Source of the DNA: Candidatus Bathyarchaeia archaeon
GTDB lineage: Archaea; Thermoproteota; Bathyarchaeia; Bathyarchaeales; Bathycorpusculaceae
DNA length: 64,000 nt
Direction: 5' to 3'
Assembly: GCA_049516875.1 (NCBI GenBank)
Contig: JBEKSS010000006.1
Span: forward strand, 50,671-114,670
Below are positions 1-9,761 of the stretch, piece after piece; positions within the stretch are counted from its first letter, which is position 1; each line of letters opens with the position of its first letter. A program made the position numbers and the translations under genes. The notes below the pieces were generated by a model, which was not told the origin of the DNA, searched no databases, and worked only from the letters and a program-made list of their open reading frames with translations.

Positions 1-366
1 GGGTTTTCTGAAGATAAGAATCAAGAGTCACACGCGCAACTTGAACGAAATGTCTGGCGAACAAAAGGTCATTAAATGGCATTACCACAAAATAGGATGA
101 AATGATGTGGATTTCGGTAGGCATGTTTCTAACTGAAATCACTCTGCTCAGCCTGCCCGAGCGCACTTGGATCATATTTGACCCATATACTGAACCCGAG
201 GTAGGGCAGGTGTGTACACACTTGCGAAGTGCGCTCTGGATCCGCTGAAATGTAACCCGCGCGAGGTGATACAGTTTGGTTATTAAGCATCTATTTCCTT
301 GCTCCATATGTGTTAAATATGGCGGTTTCGTTAGTCTCGACGTGCCATGGTGGTGTAATAGACAAA

Positions 367-699
367 ATGTTAGATGTGTTGATGTGGATTTTTTGGTTCC
401 TTTTCGGTGCGTACAGCTTCTGGTTTTTGACGCACGCCAAAAGATCGCAACCTTTGACATTGGATGAACTTGTTATTCTTTGGAAAATACATAAGCAACA
501 AGCAAGATGCAACACACCACTGTCAAGAGTGAAGCCTATCATAGACTCGCGTTCGAACGAGTTTTCGGGGTTCAGGTGCGAGTGCGGCTACGAATATCAA
601 TCGAAACGCCTAATACTTCAGAGGCATGCACTTGACAATAACATGTTTGCTGCAGTGTCTTCCAGCAACGGAGAACGATCGTCGCTTCTAAAGACCTAG
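367..699 (+). CDS. Hypothetical membrane-anchored protein with Cys/His (Zn-ribbon-like) motif
   Basis: ORF 310..699, probable ATG at 367; N-terminal hydrophobic helix (VLMWIFWFLFGAYSFWFL), then HxxxxxC...CECG. Confidence 0.6.
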   Translation: MLDVLMWIFWFLFGAYSFWFLTHAKRSQPLTLDELVILWKIHKQQARCNTPLSRVKPIIDSRSNEFSGFRCECGYEYQSKRLILQRHALDNNMFAAVSSSNGERSSLLKT

Positions 700-947
700 C
701 CTTGACTCGGACGGCTATGGATAAATTCAAAAGTGTCATTTGAACACTGTATCACTAGATCATGTTTAGGTTCGCTATTCTTCACACGGGTCAAGACGTC
801 CAACCTGCTCAAGAAGGCGGTGACCAAATCATCTACGAGAATTTCCTGCATTTCCCTTGAAAGCGTACTAATGTTCGCCTTGAAGACTTTGCCCATCTCA
901 GTTGCAAGTGCTTTTCTCTGTTTGGCCGAAATGTTCTGCCTCAACAA
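696..947 (-). CDS. Small hypothetical protein (83 aa)
   Basis: ORF with GGAGG SD-like sequence upstream on the minus strand; convergent with and overlapping the previous stop. Confidence 0.55.
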   Translation of the reverse strand: MLRQNISAKQRKALATEMGKVFKANISTLSREMQEILVDDLVTAFLSRLDVLTRVKNSEPKHDLVIQCSNDTFEFIHSRPSQG

Positions 948-1446
948 CCTTCCTCCATTTTAAGTCAAATGAGACCTGCGGCATTTAATTGGCTTATGAA
1001 GATGAAATATGAATTACCGATTAGGATGGCAATTCCTCTCCTAGGCTTCATATTCTTCTGTTCATTTTGGCTGTTCTCTTAGATGAAAAGGCTACGTTTT
1101 GACCAATGTAGTCCAAGCTTGTTTGTTCTGACTTAAACAACACAACAGACAAGGCAATAACGTACATAGAATTGAGAGTAAGCATGAATCCGAGACCAAG
1201 AAATCGCCACTTCTCTGAATACTAAATGCACTTCGTGTGCATTAGGCGATTATCCAAGCGTCTGGATTCTGATATCTGACTTTAACAGTTCCATTCCAGA
1301 TTATGTCTGCTAAGGCAAGAAAATCTCTGCTTGCGAGTCTTCTTTTTCTGTTCATTTCCAGACACTGATAGACCTATTCGTAAATCACAATATTAACAAA
1401 ATTTCAAGCATGCAAATATGTCGCAAATCGATACGTCGAGTAGAAA

Positions 1447-2688
1447 TCAAGGCCGATTCTGCTTAATGCTCTCTTTCGCCAAACTAGGCAAAATTTCCCT
1501 TATTTTGGAAGCAGGGGCATTTGACCTAATCCCTCGTGAACTGAAATGTGTTAGAGAAGCTTGAAAGCCTTCTCGTGTCAAGGCTTCAACCACTTTCTTG
1601 ACGGGTGGAACTGGAAGGTTCAAGGAGTCGCACAGTCTGTCGACTACGTAATAAGTAATCGGCGCTTCAACTTCGGTTCTGATGACGGCGAGAATTCTTT
1701 GTATTTTATGCGCAAGCCCAAGTCTTCGCTGGTGGACTTCGTTTTCCATGAGTTCACAAAAACGCGAATCAAATAGTCTGCCAAGCCACAGAGGCCCGGC
1801 GATGTTGAGTTTTGACCCGCATTCGCTGCATCTATCTGAGCGATGAACCATAAACATTTTGTCCACTTTTTCTCTGTGGAAACATTTGAAGCAGTGCAGT
1901 ATGTACCCCATGTTTGTGATGCTTTCATCAGCGTTCTTGGCGCCATATTGTATGGTCGCATAGGCTCTGACGTAGTGTTCTGCTCGGTGACTGAAAACCA
2001 AGTTCACACCGATGTCGTGTTTTGCTGCCGTTGTGGTCAGGCAGCCGGCTAAGAGTCTTACGGCCAATTCATGGCAGTACTCCGTTCTCAGCGGTTTTCC
2101 TCCGTACTTTCTGATGCATGCCCTCGGATGTACTCCGCACAGAGGTGCCATGTCTGTTGCAGTTAGGGCTAGGAGGCCTCCGTTGCGTAATGCTCGGACG
2201 GCAGAGTCGAGGAAGCGCACTGGAGAGCCAAAGGGATCTATGTCTATTGCGTCAAATCGCCTGTGCGGTGCGCTGTGGCGGCTCAGAAGAAGATTTGCTT
2301 CTTCATGCTTCACAGTTACCTTTTCAGCTAATCCGTTTAATCGCACGTTCAAGCTGGCGAGCCGGAAGGCTCTCTCGCTTATATCATTCATCACGGCCTT
2401 CTTGACACCTTCTACCTCCGCTGCGAAACGAATCCCTCTAAGCCCGCAGCCGGTCAGAGGTTCGCAAACAATGATTTCGCGGTTGACTATCCTTTGGTAG
2501 GCTTGCAGGGCTAGAACAGCTAGATCACGGTTCAATTCCATAACTGGGTTGTAGAACACGGGAGCTTTTGAGGGCGCGTAATCGGAGGGCAGCCTTACAA
2601 ATGCTTCAAGCCTCGGGACGAGTGTCTCAACCCTGCCTTCTTTGACTGTTACTGTTGGAAAATCAGGCTTCAAATCCTCGCGAGCCAT
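1447..2688 (-). CDS. trm1: tRNA (guanine26-N2)-dimethyltransferase
   Basis: VFYNPVMELNRD, GLRGIRFA, IDIDPFGSP, TATD motifs; CxxC...CxxC Zn finger; GPLWLG. Confidence 0.95.
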   Translation of the reverse strand: MAREDLKPDFPTVTVKEGRVETLVPRLEAFVRLPSDYAPSKAPVFYNPVMELNRDLAVLALQAYQRIVNREIIVCEPLTGCGLRGIRFAAEVEGVKKAVMNDISERAFRLASLNVRLNGLAEKVTVKHEEANLLLSRHSAPHRRFDAIDIDPFGSPVRFLDSAVRALRNGGLLALTATDMAPLCGVHPRACIRKYGGKPLRTEYCHELAVRLLAGCLTTTAAKHDIGVNLVFSHRAEHYVRAYATIQYGAKNADESITNMGYILHCFKCFHREKVDKMFMVHRSDRCSECGSKLNIAGPLWLGRLFDSRFCELMENEVHQRRLGLAHKIQRILAVIRTEVEAPITYYVVDRLCDSLNLPVPPVKKVVEALTREGFQASLTHFSSRGIRSNAPASKIREILPSLAKESIKQNRP

Positions 2689-2766
2689 GATTTGTCTATT
2701 TCCTAGTTAAGATTACGAAAAACCCTTTTAGGCCAATATTAGACTTCTGGTTGCAGGGCGGGACTG

Positions 2767-3324
2767 TTGACGAAGAGAATATTGTTATTAACTGGCACCC
2801 CGGGCGTGGGAAAGACGTCGGTTCTGCTGAGAATCGTTGAGTCTTTGAAGGCCAAGGGCTACAAAGTTGGCGGTATGGTGAGCCGCGAGGTCCGAGTGGG
2901 GGGCGGTCGAGTGGGCTTCGAAATCCTTGACCTGAACACGGGCAGAAAGGGTTGGCTTGCCCATGTGGGTCAAAAACAGGGTCGACAAGTTGGCAGGTAC
3001 CGAGTGAACCTTGGAGATCTTGCCGGCATCGGCGTGGAAGCGATAACGAATGCTGTTACTAGATCTGACGTAATTATTATTGATGAAATCGGGCCGATGG
3101 AGCTTTGCTCTCCGAAGTTCAAGGAGGCTGTCAGAAAGGCTGCTGAGAGTCCGAAGCTCATAATAGGCGTTGTTCATTGGAAGGCAGCGGATAGCCTAAT
3201 AGCTGAAATAAAGGGGAGGGACGATGCTGAAGTGCATTTGGTCACTCTTGAAAACAGGGGAAGCTTGCATGGGTTGGTGTTTGGACAAGCTCTTGATTTC
3301 CTTTCAGGAACTGCGCGAGAATAA
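2767..3324 (+). CDS. NTPase (THEP1/NTPase_1 family)
   Basis: Walker A GTPGVGKT; VIIIDEIGPMEL; RVGFEI and VGRYRV motifs. Confidence 0.92.
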   Translation: MTKRILLLTGTPGVGKTSVLLRIVESLKAKGYKVGGMVSREVRVGGGRVGFEILDLNTGRKGWLAHVGQKQGRQVGRYRVNLGDLAGIGVEAITNAVTRSDVIIIDEIGPMELCSPKFKEAVRKAAESPKLIIGVVHWKAADSLIAEIKGRDDAEVHLVTLENRGSLHGLVFGQALDFLSGTARE

Positions 3325-3377
3325 AGCATTATTACTCTAAAGTTGAGATAGGCTTCTGAGAGACGAGATGGATTTCG

Positions 3378-4040
3378 ATGCTGATTGCTGGTGTGGACGA
3401 CGCGGGACGCGGCGCCGTGATCGGGCCGTTGGTTATCGCTGGAGTTCTGGTAAAGGAAGAGGATTTGCCGAGGCTCAAGGAGTTGGGAGTCAAGGATTCG
3501 AAGCTGCTGTCTCCTCGTAGACGTGAGATTCTTGCTGTTGAAATCAGAAGGATTGCTGAGAACTTTAACGTGATGAAGCTTTCGCCGAGAGAAATCGATG
3601 TCGTTGTTAACAGCGGCAGAAAACTTCACAAGCTTAATTATCTGGAGGCACAGACGATGGCCAGGGTTATAGAAGCGCTCAGGCCGGACATTGTTTATGT
3701 TGACGCCTCGGATGTTCTGGAAGAGCGGTTTAAGCAGCACATTTTGGAGTGCATGTCTTTCAAGGTTAACATCATTTCGGAACACAAGGCTGACAGAAAC
3801 TACGTTGTTGTGTCAGCAGCTTCGATAATCGCCAAGGTGGAGAGAGACGAAGCGATTGCAGAACTGGCGAAGACTTTGGGAGATTTTGGATCGGGTTATC
3901 CTTCAGACCCAAGAACGATGAGTTTTCTGAAAGAGTGTTGCGAAAAACTGGAGGAGTACCCGGATTATGTCAGAAAATCTTGGAAACCGGCCAAGAGAGT
4001 CAAAGACGAGAAAGGTTCTCAGCAGACAAGGCTTATCTGA
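3378..4040 (+). CDS. rnhB: Ribonuclease HII
   Basis: AGVDDAGRGAVIGPLV, VKDSKLL, KAD...VSAASIIAKVERD, GSGYPSDP. Confidence 0.96.
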   Translation: MLIAGVDDAGRGAVIGPLVIAGVLVKEEDLPRLKELGVKDSKLLSPRRREILAVEIRRIAENFNVMKLSPREIDVVVNSGRKLHKLNYLEAQTMARVIEALRPDIVYVDASDVLEERFKQHILECMSFKVNIISEHKADRNYVVVSAASIIAKVERDEAIAELAKTLGDFGSGYPSDPRTMSFLKECCEKLEEYPDYVRKSWKPAKRVKDEKGSQQTRLI

Positions 4041-4983
4041 CGCTTGCGAGTAGATCTTCAGGGTTCTTGATTCTGGAAGCGTCCTCGCTGCTAATGCAAG
4101 GGATGTTTTTTTCTGGTTGCTGCTCGTCCTCCGTTATGAGTATTGGACGTGCCCGGGTGACTCTGCTGACACTCAGTATTTCATCCACCCTTTTGTCCAG
4201 TTCCAGTTCTTTCCTGTTTGCGATACCGCCGATTATCCTCATTCTCTCTTCTGGAGCGCTTATTACGAAATCAAAAGGTGCCCTCTTAACCGCTGTGACG
4301 TGATAGTGGACCCATCTTCTGAGAATCTTGCTGAGAATCCTGTTTCTTGCAAGCATAAGCTTTGCTGTCGTCAGCACGCACGATTTGCGTTGATTCTCTG
4401 GCTTCTCAAGAATGTTCACTGATTTTGCGACTGGGATTCCCAGCGCCCAAATCAAGTTGTAAGCTGCCGTCACTGAGGCTTTCGCCATGCCCCGCTCGTA
4501 GCCGTAAATCGTTCTTCGGGACGTGCTCACCATCTCAGCCACTTCACCTGCTGACAACCCTAGTTCCTGTCTTCTCCGTTTCAGTGCCTCGCGGTCAATC
4601 TCGACGTAGTAGCCGCCAGGATTGGCTTGAATCAGTGGGCGTATGTTGTGAAGCACGACGTTCTTGAAGGTTCTTGGGGTGACGGCCAGAATATCGTGTC
4701 TCGTGTATACTGTGTCGTCTTGCAGGGGTTTTTCACGTGCTTCCTCGCCTATTAACAGGCAAGGCGCTGAGAAAGTTTCGGATATAGCTTTCAACTCTGT
4801 TGAATCGTTTGTTGAGAGGCTTCCGATGTCGGGTTGAACCCTCATGAAAATGAGAGTTTCACCTTTGCGGGCTGCAAGGTCGAAGCAGCTCGGCCGCGAA
4901 CGGCAGGGTTCAGAAACAGTAAACCCGGCTTCTCTTAGTGTGGATTCTGCGGCTCTTAAGCCCATCCTCACCAAGCAAGCCAT
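4033..4983 (-). CDS. Archaeal HTH transcriptional regulator (COG1395-like, XRE HTH)
   Basis: SCFDLAARK N-terminal domain, GGYYVEID, HTH LKRRRQELGLSAGEVAEMVSTSRRTIYGYERG, APFD. Confidence 0.85.
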   Translation of the reverse strand: MACLVRMGLRAAESTLREAGFTVSEPCRSRPSCFDLAARKGETLIFMRVQPDIGSLSTNDSTELKAISETFSAPCLLIGEEAREKPLQDDTVYTRHDILAVTPRTFKNVVLHNIRPLIQANPGGYYVEIDREALKRRRQELGLSAGEVAEMVSTSRRTIYGYERGMAKASVTAAYNLIWALGIPVAKSVNILEKPENQRKSCVLTTAKLMLARNRILSKILRRWVHYHVTAVKRAPFDFVISAPEERMRIIGGIANRKELELDKRVDEILSVSRVTRARPILITEDEQQPEKNIPCISSEDASRIKNPEDLLASVR

Positions 4984-5225
4984 GGAATCGCCACGTAGGA
5001 TAACCCAGTGCAGTGAAGGATATAAACTATATGACGAGTATCACAATGGGAGGATGCCTGTGGTTAGACAGAAAGTGAACATATTTCACTGTCGAGCCAT
5101 TTCAGAATCAAATGCAACAAACCTGAGTCGTGAATCTGGGCAGAAAGAAATAACAGTTACAAGAATGTTTTGAAGGTTGTCCCCATTTGTCAACACAATG
5201 AGCATGATTTGGTTGGCTTCCCAGG

Positions 5226-5927
5226 TCATGTATTGCTTTGAGCCACTATCATTGCGTGTGCCTTGTCGTAGGGTTCCAGGTACACAGTCTGTTCCGTGCG
5301 GAAACCGCGTTTTTCCAGCACTTTGATTTCGCGTTTGTAGATTTCTGATGGCTCTTTTGTCACGTCTATGCTTTGGGCTTTCACGGCCAGCATTATCCAT
5401 CCTGAGTTCTTGAGGAACAGGTCGGCGTTGTCTGCTAAAATTTTTGCTTGCTCAGACTGGGCTATGTCGCAGTAGATGTCATCGACCTTTCTGGTGATGA
5501 ATATCGCATATTTTTCTGGAAAGCGTGCATCTTCGAGTATGGGCGACATGTTTAGCCTGTAATTGCACACGTTGTCCACTAGATCCCTTATTGATCTTGA
5601 AGCAAACTCTACGCAGTACACGTGGCCTTTTTCGCCTATTATGTCTGAAACGTGGCTGGCCGTTGTCCCTGAGGCTGCGCCCAGGTAAAGGACTGTGTGC
5701 CCCGGTTTTATCGGGATTGTGTTTAAACCTTTCAGAATTGCCGCGGCAAGTTTGCTTCTGAACGCGTCCCATACGCGGTATTCTGCGCCATCAAACCTTA
5801 CGAGCCTTTCTCCGTAGACGTTCCTTCCGTGCGACAGGTTTTTTGTCGCGAGCCGTTGTGCACCTTCTTCAAGCATCACTTGATATACAGCTTGAAACTG
5901 GGGGTGTGGCTTTACCTTAACGTTCAC
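5226..5927 (-). CDS. flpA: Fibrillarin-like rRNA/tRNA 2'-O-methyltransferase
   Basis: VYGERL, YRVWDAFRSKLAAAI, VLYLGAASGTTASHVSD, DIAQ; probable GTG start at 5927 overlapping the nop5 stop. Confidence 0.96.
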   Translation of the reverse strand: MNVKVKPHPQFQAVYQVMLEEGAQRLATKNLSHGRNVYGERLVRFDGAEYRVWDAFRSKLAAAILKGLNTIPIKPGHTVLYLGAASGTTASHVSDIIGEKGHVYCVEFASRSIRDLVDNVCNYRLNMSPILEDARFPEKYAIFITRKVDDIYCDIAQSEQAKILADNADLFLKNSGWIMLAVKAQSIDVTKEPSEIYKREIKVLEKRGFRTEQTVYLEPYDKAHAMIVAQSNT

Positions 5928-7146
5928 GCTTATGCTTTCTCCACTTGTCCGTTCTAGGTTTCTCACTCCTAGTTTTCACAGCTGGCATTGGCGGAGGCTG
6001 ATCGTATTTCTTGTGGATTTCGTCGATTCGTTTGTCCAGGACGGCTTTCAGTTCTGCTCCTATTTGCCTTCTTCCGAAAGCGTCCGCTCTCGTGGCTATG
6101 GCCAACTTCCCCGCCAGTGCCCTGGCAATTTTCCCCCTCTGCCATCTTTTCGCGTCATGTATCATGGTGTGCTGGAAGATCATGCCGTGTTTTGGCGGTC
6201 TTGTCCCTGTTTTCAGTGAACGGAACAGGGCTTTCTCGGCACCCAGTATCTGGATTGTGCTTGCAGGTCTTTTGGCAAGGTTTGTCAAACCTCCAGCTAC
6301 TGCTATCAAACGTGCTCCTAGGAGGGAGCCTACCATGTACTTCGTGTTCGGTGCTACCTCCTCCATGGTTGAGTCAAGGTAGCCCTCCAGGTTTTGCCTC
6401 AACTGATACAGGCGAGTTACGTCTCTGCAGAGGGCTTGAATCTGGGCTAGGTCTGCTTCTGCGAGATCTGCGCCCATGGATTTTTCAGCCACTTTGGCGA
6501 TTCCCTCAGCTTTCGCCTTCGGAACTTCCTCTTTTTCAAGTCTTTCAACCGTGAAATTCTCTTTGCTGCCAAGATCCACAACCAGGCGAGCGTAAGTCTC
6601 ATGCTTTTCCAGCAGCCTGTCGAGTTCTGGAAAGTGTATTCCGTACCATTCTCTCACGCGTGCCATGAGCATGTTTATCGTCTTGTCCAGCTCATCGAGA
6701 GTCTGGATGGCTTGAGCTACAACCAGGTCTCTCTTCTCCACAGCGCCCTTAACCCGCAACTTGGCGGTTTCCACCGCGAAATCGTGCATCCACAAGCCGA
6801 AGTCCTTGGAGTTTCTTACGAAGCCTGTTTCTACCGCAATTGTTTCAGTTTTTGAACGAACCAGTTCTCCAGCTGGCGAACGTTTGTCAACCTCAACACT
6901 GACGTTGAATCTCCTTTCAACAGTTTTGGCAAGGCTCGGGTTCTCGAAAACGAAGGCGTCATAGCCTTTGTCCTTAAGAGTGTCCATCAGGCTTTGAATC
7001 GCATCAACCATTTTACCGGCCTCAATGTCCAAAAGCGTTTGGGCCGCGACCTGCGGTTTCTTTTGGAACAACGCCTTGTCGACGAGCTCGTTTTCTTCGT
7101 TGAAAGCCAGTATGCCGAAGGAACACTCAATCAGCGTCACTTTCAC
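5917..7146 (-). CDS. nop5: C/D box sRNP protein Nop5 (Nop56/58)
   Basis: REWYGIHFPEL, APN...LGARLI, PASTIQILGAEKALF, PKHGMIFQH, RGKIARALAGKLAIA. Confidence 0.96.
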   Translation of the reverse strand: MKVTLIECSFGILAFNEENELVDKALFQKKPQVAAQTLLDIEAGKMVDAIQSLMDTLKDKGYDAFVFENPSLAKTVERRFNVSVEVDKRSPAGELVRSKTETIAVETGFVRNSKDFGLWMHDFAVETAKLRVKGAVEKRDLVVAQAIQTLDELDKTINMLMARVREWYGIHFPELDRLLEKHETYARLVVDLGSKENFTVERLEKEEVPKAKAEGIAKVAEKSMGADLAEADLAQIQALCRDVTRLYQLRQNLEGYLDSTMEEVAPNTKYMVGSLLGARLIAVAGGLTNLAKRPASTIQILGAEKALFRSLKTGTRPPKHGMIFQHTMIHDAKRWQRGKIARALAGKLAIATRADAFGRRQIGAELKAVLDKRIDEIHKKYDQPPPMPAVKTRSEKPRTDKWRKHKRER

Positions 7147-7402
7147 AACTTGTCCCTCAGCATCAACTAACCTCAGCTTTGTCTTTAATAAGGTATCGCA
7201 GCCTAACCTTGTTCGTCAGAGTCTTTTCTTTGTTGTTTTTGCATGGACTAGTGGCTGAGACTGAGGTAGAAAAATCTATTAAACCTAGGTTTAAACCACC
7301 GATGCAGCTTCCTTCACGCATTCTCATGGAAAAGCTAAAATAGGTTAAGCTCCGAGCTAATTTCCTACTTGTAAAGTGTTGTAGAGGAGGCGACAAGAGA
7401 AT

Positions 7403-7600
7403 TTGGATAAGAGGATTCTTGCTTTGGGCATAGTGCTGATCATCATTGCTATAATGCTAGGCGCAGTTCAACATTTCGTCATGAACCTCTATGGCAGCAC
7501 AGACAACAGATGGTACTTCTGGGGTTTGGTCGGAATCATCGGATTGATCGGCATCATCCTTGCAGCTTGCTCCTACATGAGGAATCCGAAGAAGCAGTAG
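7403..7600 (+). CDS. Small two-TM membrane protein
   Basis: Two hydrophobic segments, basic C-terminus, GAGGAGG upstream. Confidence 0.7.
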   Translation: MDKRILALGIVLIIIAIMLGAVQHFVMNLYGSTDNRWYFWGLVGIIGLIGIILAACSYMRNPKKQ

Positions 7601-7813
7601 CGTCCTTGCTGTCGTTTGACAGTGAGGGACGTCCAGCATTTTTTTAGTCTTAACATCCAGAAGGAGTAAAGCCGGATTTCCTCGGATATGTCTGTATTTC
7701 ACGGAAAACTGGGTTTTGAGGCTCTTAGAAGTGCAAGCGATATATGCTTCGTCCGCAGAAAACAATGCTTTAATAATGAATATGTTATCGTTACTGAAAA
7801 GATGCTCGCGGGG

Positions 7814-8740
7814 ATGGGGTTGAAAGAAAGCGGTCTAACAATTGATCTGGCAGGTCTGCAACTTGCTAACCCGACTGTGCTGGCTTCAGGAATCTTGGGC
7901 TACTCCACAGAAACGTTGGAAAGGCTTGTGAAAGGCGGCGCTGGAGCAGTGGTCACGAAATCCATCGGACTAAGAGCGAGGAAAGGCTACGCAAACCCAA
8001 CAGTTGTTCAGGCAAGCTGCGGCTTGATCAACGCGATGGGACTGCCCAATCCTGGAATCGACGAATATGTCAAGGAATTTCGTCAGGCCAAAGACGTTCT
8101 TAATGTCCCCTCGATCATGAGCGTCTATGGCTATACAGCAGAAGAGTATGCAACCCTTGCCAAGAAAGCCACGGCTGCAGGTGCCGATGCTGTGGAACTC
8201 AACGTGTCGTGCCCTCACGTTAAGGATACTGGTTCAGAGATCGGACAATGCCCAGAAGTTCTCGATGAGGTTGTCAGAAAAGTCAGGGCCTCTGTCAGCA
8301 AGCCTGTTTTTGTCAAGTTGTCCCCTAACATCACAAGCATGGCAGACGTCGCTGAAGTCGCAGTTAAGGCTGGTGCCGATGGTCTGACGATTATGAACAC
8401 CGTTAAGGCGATGGCTATAGACGTTGAGACTGCCATGCCGATTCTGGGTAACAGGGTTGGGGGGCTTTCAGGTCCGGCAATAAAGCCCATAGCGCTCAGG
8501 TGCGTGTACGACGTTTATGAACGCGTCAAGGTTCCAATCATGGGATGTGGGGGAATCGTGGACTGGCGTGACGCAGTGGAGTTTCTGCTTGCTGGGGCCT
8601 CGGTCGTTCAAATCGGCACAGCCATATCCTTCAAGGGGGCGAACGTGTTCAGAGGGGTCGCGCTCGGAATAGAAAGATATCTCCAGAGCAAACATTTCGA
8701 GAAGGTGGAGGAGATTGTCGGTTTATCACATCGCAGCTAA
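7814..8740 (+). CDS. pyrD: Dihydroorotate dehydrogenase family 1B, catalytic subunit
   Basis: NPTVLASG, VVTKS, NAMGLPNPG, ELNVSCPH, VKLSPN, GGLSGPAIKP; start refined from ORF 7688. Confidence 0.96.
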   Translation: MGLKESGLTIDLAGLQLANPTVLASGILGYSTETLERLVKGGAGAVVTKSIGLRARKGYANPTVVQASCGLINAMGLPNPGIDEYVKEFRQAKDVLNVPSIMSVYGYTAEEYATLAKKATAAGADAVELNVSCPHVKDTGSEIGQCPEVLDEVVRKVRASVSKPVFVKLSPNITSMADVAEVAVKAGADGLTIMNTVKAMAIDVETAMPILGNRVGGLSGPAIKPIALRCVYDVYERVKVPIMGCGGIVDWRDAVEFLLAGASVVQIGTAISFKGANVFRGVALGIERYLQSKHFEKVEEIVGLSHRS

Positions 8741-9545
8741 TCGACTAAGGACAACATCAATTTTGGCCGTCAAGGCCGAGAGTCCAACCGTAAAGACTTT
8801 CACCTTCAAAGACGCGCAGTGCGCCAAGGCCCAACCTGGCCAGTTCGTGATGCTTTGGATTCCCGGTGTGGATGAGATCCCCCTGAGCATACTTGACGCT
8901 AACGAAGACGGTCTAGTATCAGTGGCGGTCAAGAGGGTGGGCGAAGCAACACAAGCGTTGCACGAGGCAAAGGCAGGCCACTTCCTAGGAGTCCGCGGAC
9001 CCTTCGGCAACAGGTTCGCCATGGTTAAAGGAAGGGTGCTCATGGTTGCAGGGGGTACAGGCACAGCCCCCCTGCTGTTTCTAGCCAAAAGACTGGGGCC
9101 CAGAATGGCGAGGGGTGTCTTCGTTCTGGGCGCAAAAACCATGAATGAAATGCTCTTCATGAATCAGCTTCAACAGATTCTGGGCAAAAGCCAAACCCAG
9201 CTCATAGCCTCGACCGAGGACGGCAGCTGCGGTGTCACAGGCTTGTGCACAGAGCCCGTGGAGCAGGTTTTGGCCAAAGAGAAATTCAACATCATCTACG
9301 CGTGTGGGCCCGAAAAGATGATTCGGGAAGTGTTCGAACTCGCAGAAGAAAATCGAACAAACCTAGAAGCAAGCCTTGAACGCCTGATGCGCTGTGCCAT
9401 AGGCCTCTGCGGAAGCTGTACAATAGGCAAGTACCGCGTGTGCACAGACGGCCCAGTATTCACTTCAAAACAATTCAGAGAAGTCAAAACAGAGTTCGGA
9501 AACTCAAAACGCGATCCCACTGGACGAAGAATACCCCTAGACTAG
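8715..9545 (+). CDS. pyrK: Dihydroorotate dehydrogenase electron transfer subunit
   Basis: PGQFVMLW, RGPFGN, VAGGTGTAP, ACGPE, MRCAIGLCGSC...VCTDGPVF 2Fe-2S motif; follows pyrD. Confidence 0.94.
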   Translation: MSVYHIAANRLRTTSILAVKAESPTVKTFTFKDAQCAKAQPGQFVMLWIPGVDEIPLSILDANEDGLVSVAVKRVGEATQALHEAKAGHFLGVRGPFGNRFAMVKGRVLMVAGGTGTAPLLFLAKRLGPRMARGVFVLGAKTMNEMLFMNQLQQILGKSQTQLIASTEDGSCGVTGLCTEPVEQVLAKEKFNIIYACGPEKMIREVFELAEENRTNLEASLERLMRCAIGLCGSCTIGKYRVCTDGPVFTSKQFREVKTEFGNSKRDPTGRRIPLD

Positions 9546-9761
9546 ACAAGGGAGCGCAGACAAACCGCCTGCAAAACGTCCTCGCAGTGAACGATTTCCG
9601 GCCTTGTCCAAACAAAGATGCACCAAGATTGAGTATTCAGAGAGGTTTCCGCCGAGACGATCAAGCACAGAAGCTCTGTCACTCGTGTTTAGGAGCGATA
9701 AGTAAAGGTTATATGTTGCTGGCGCTATTCTGATGTGTTTGCGGGTGCAATGTGATGAAAG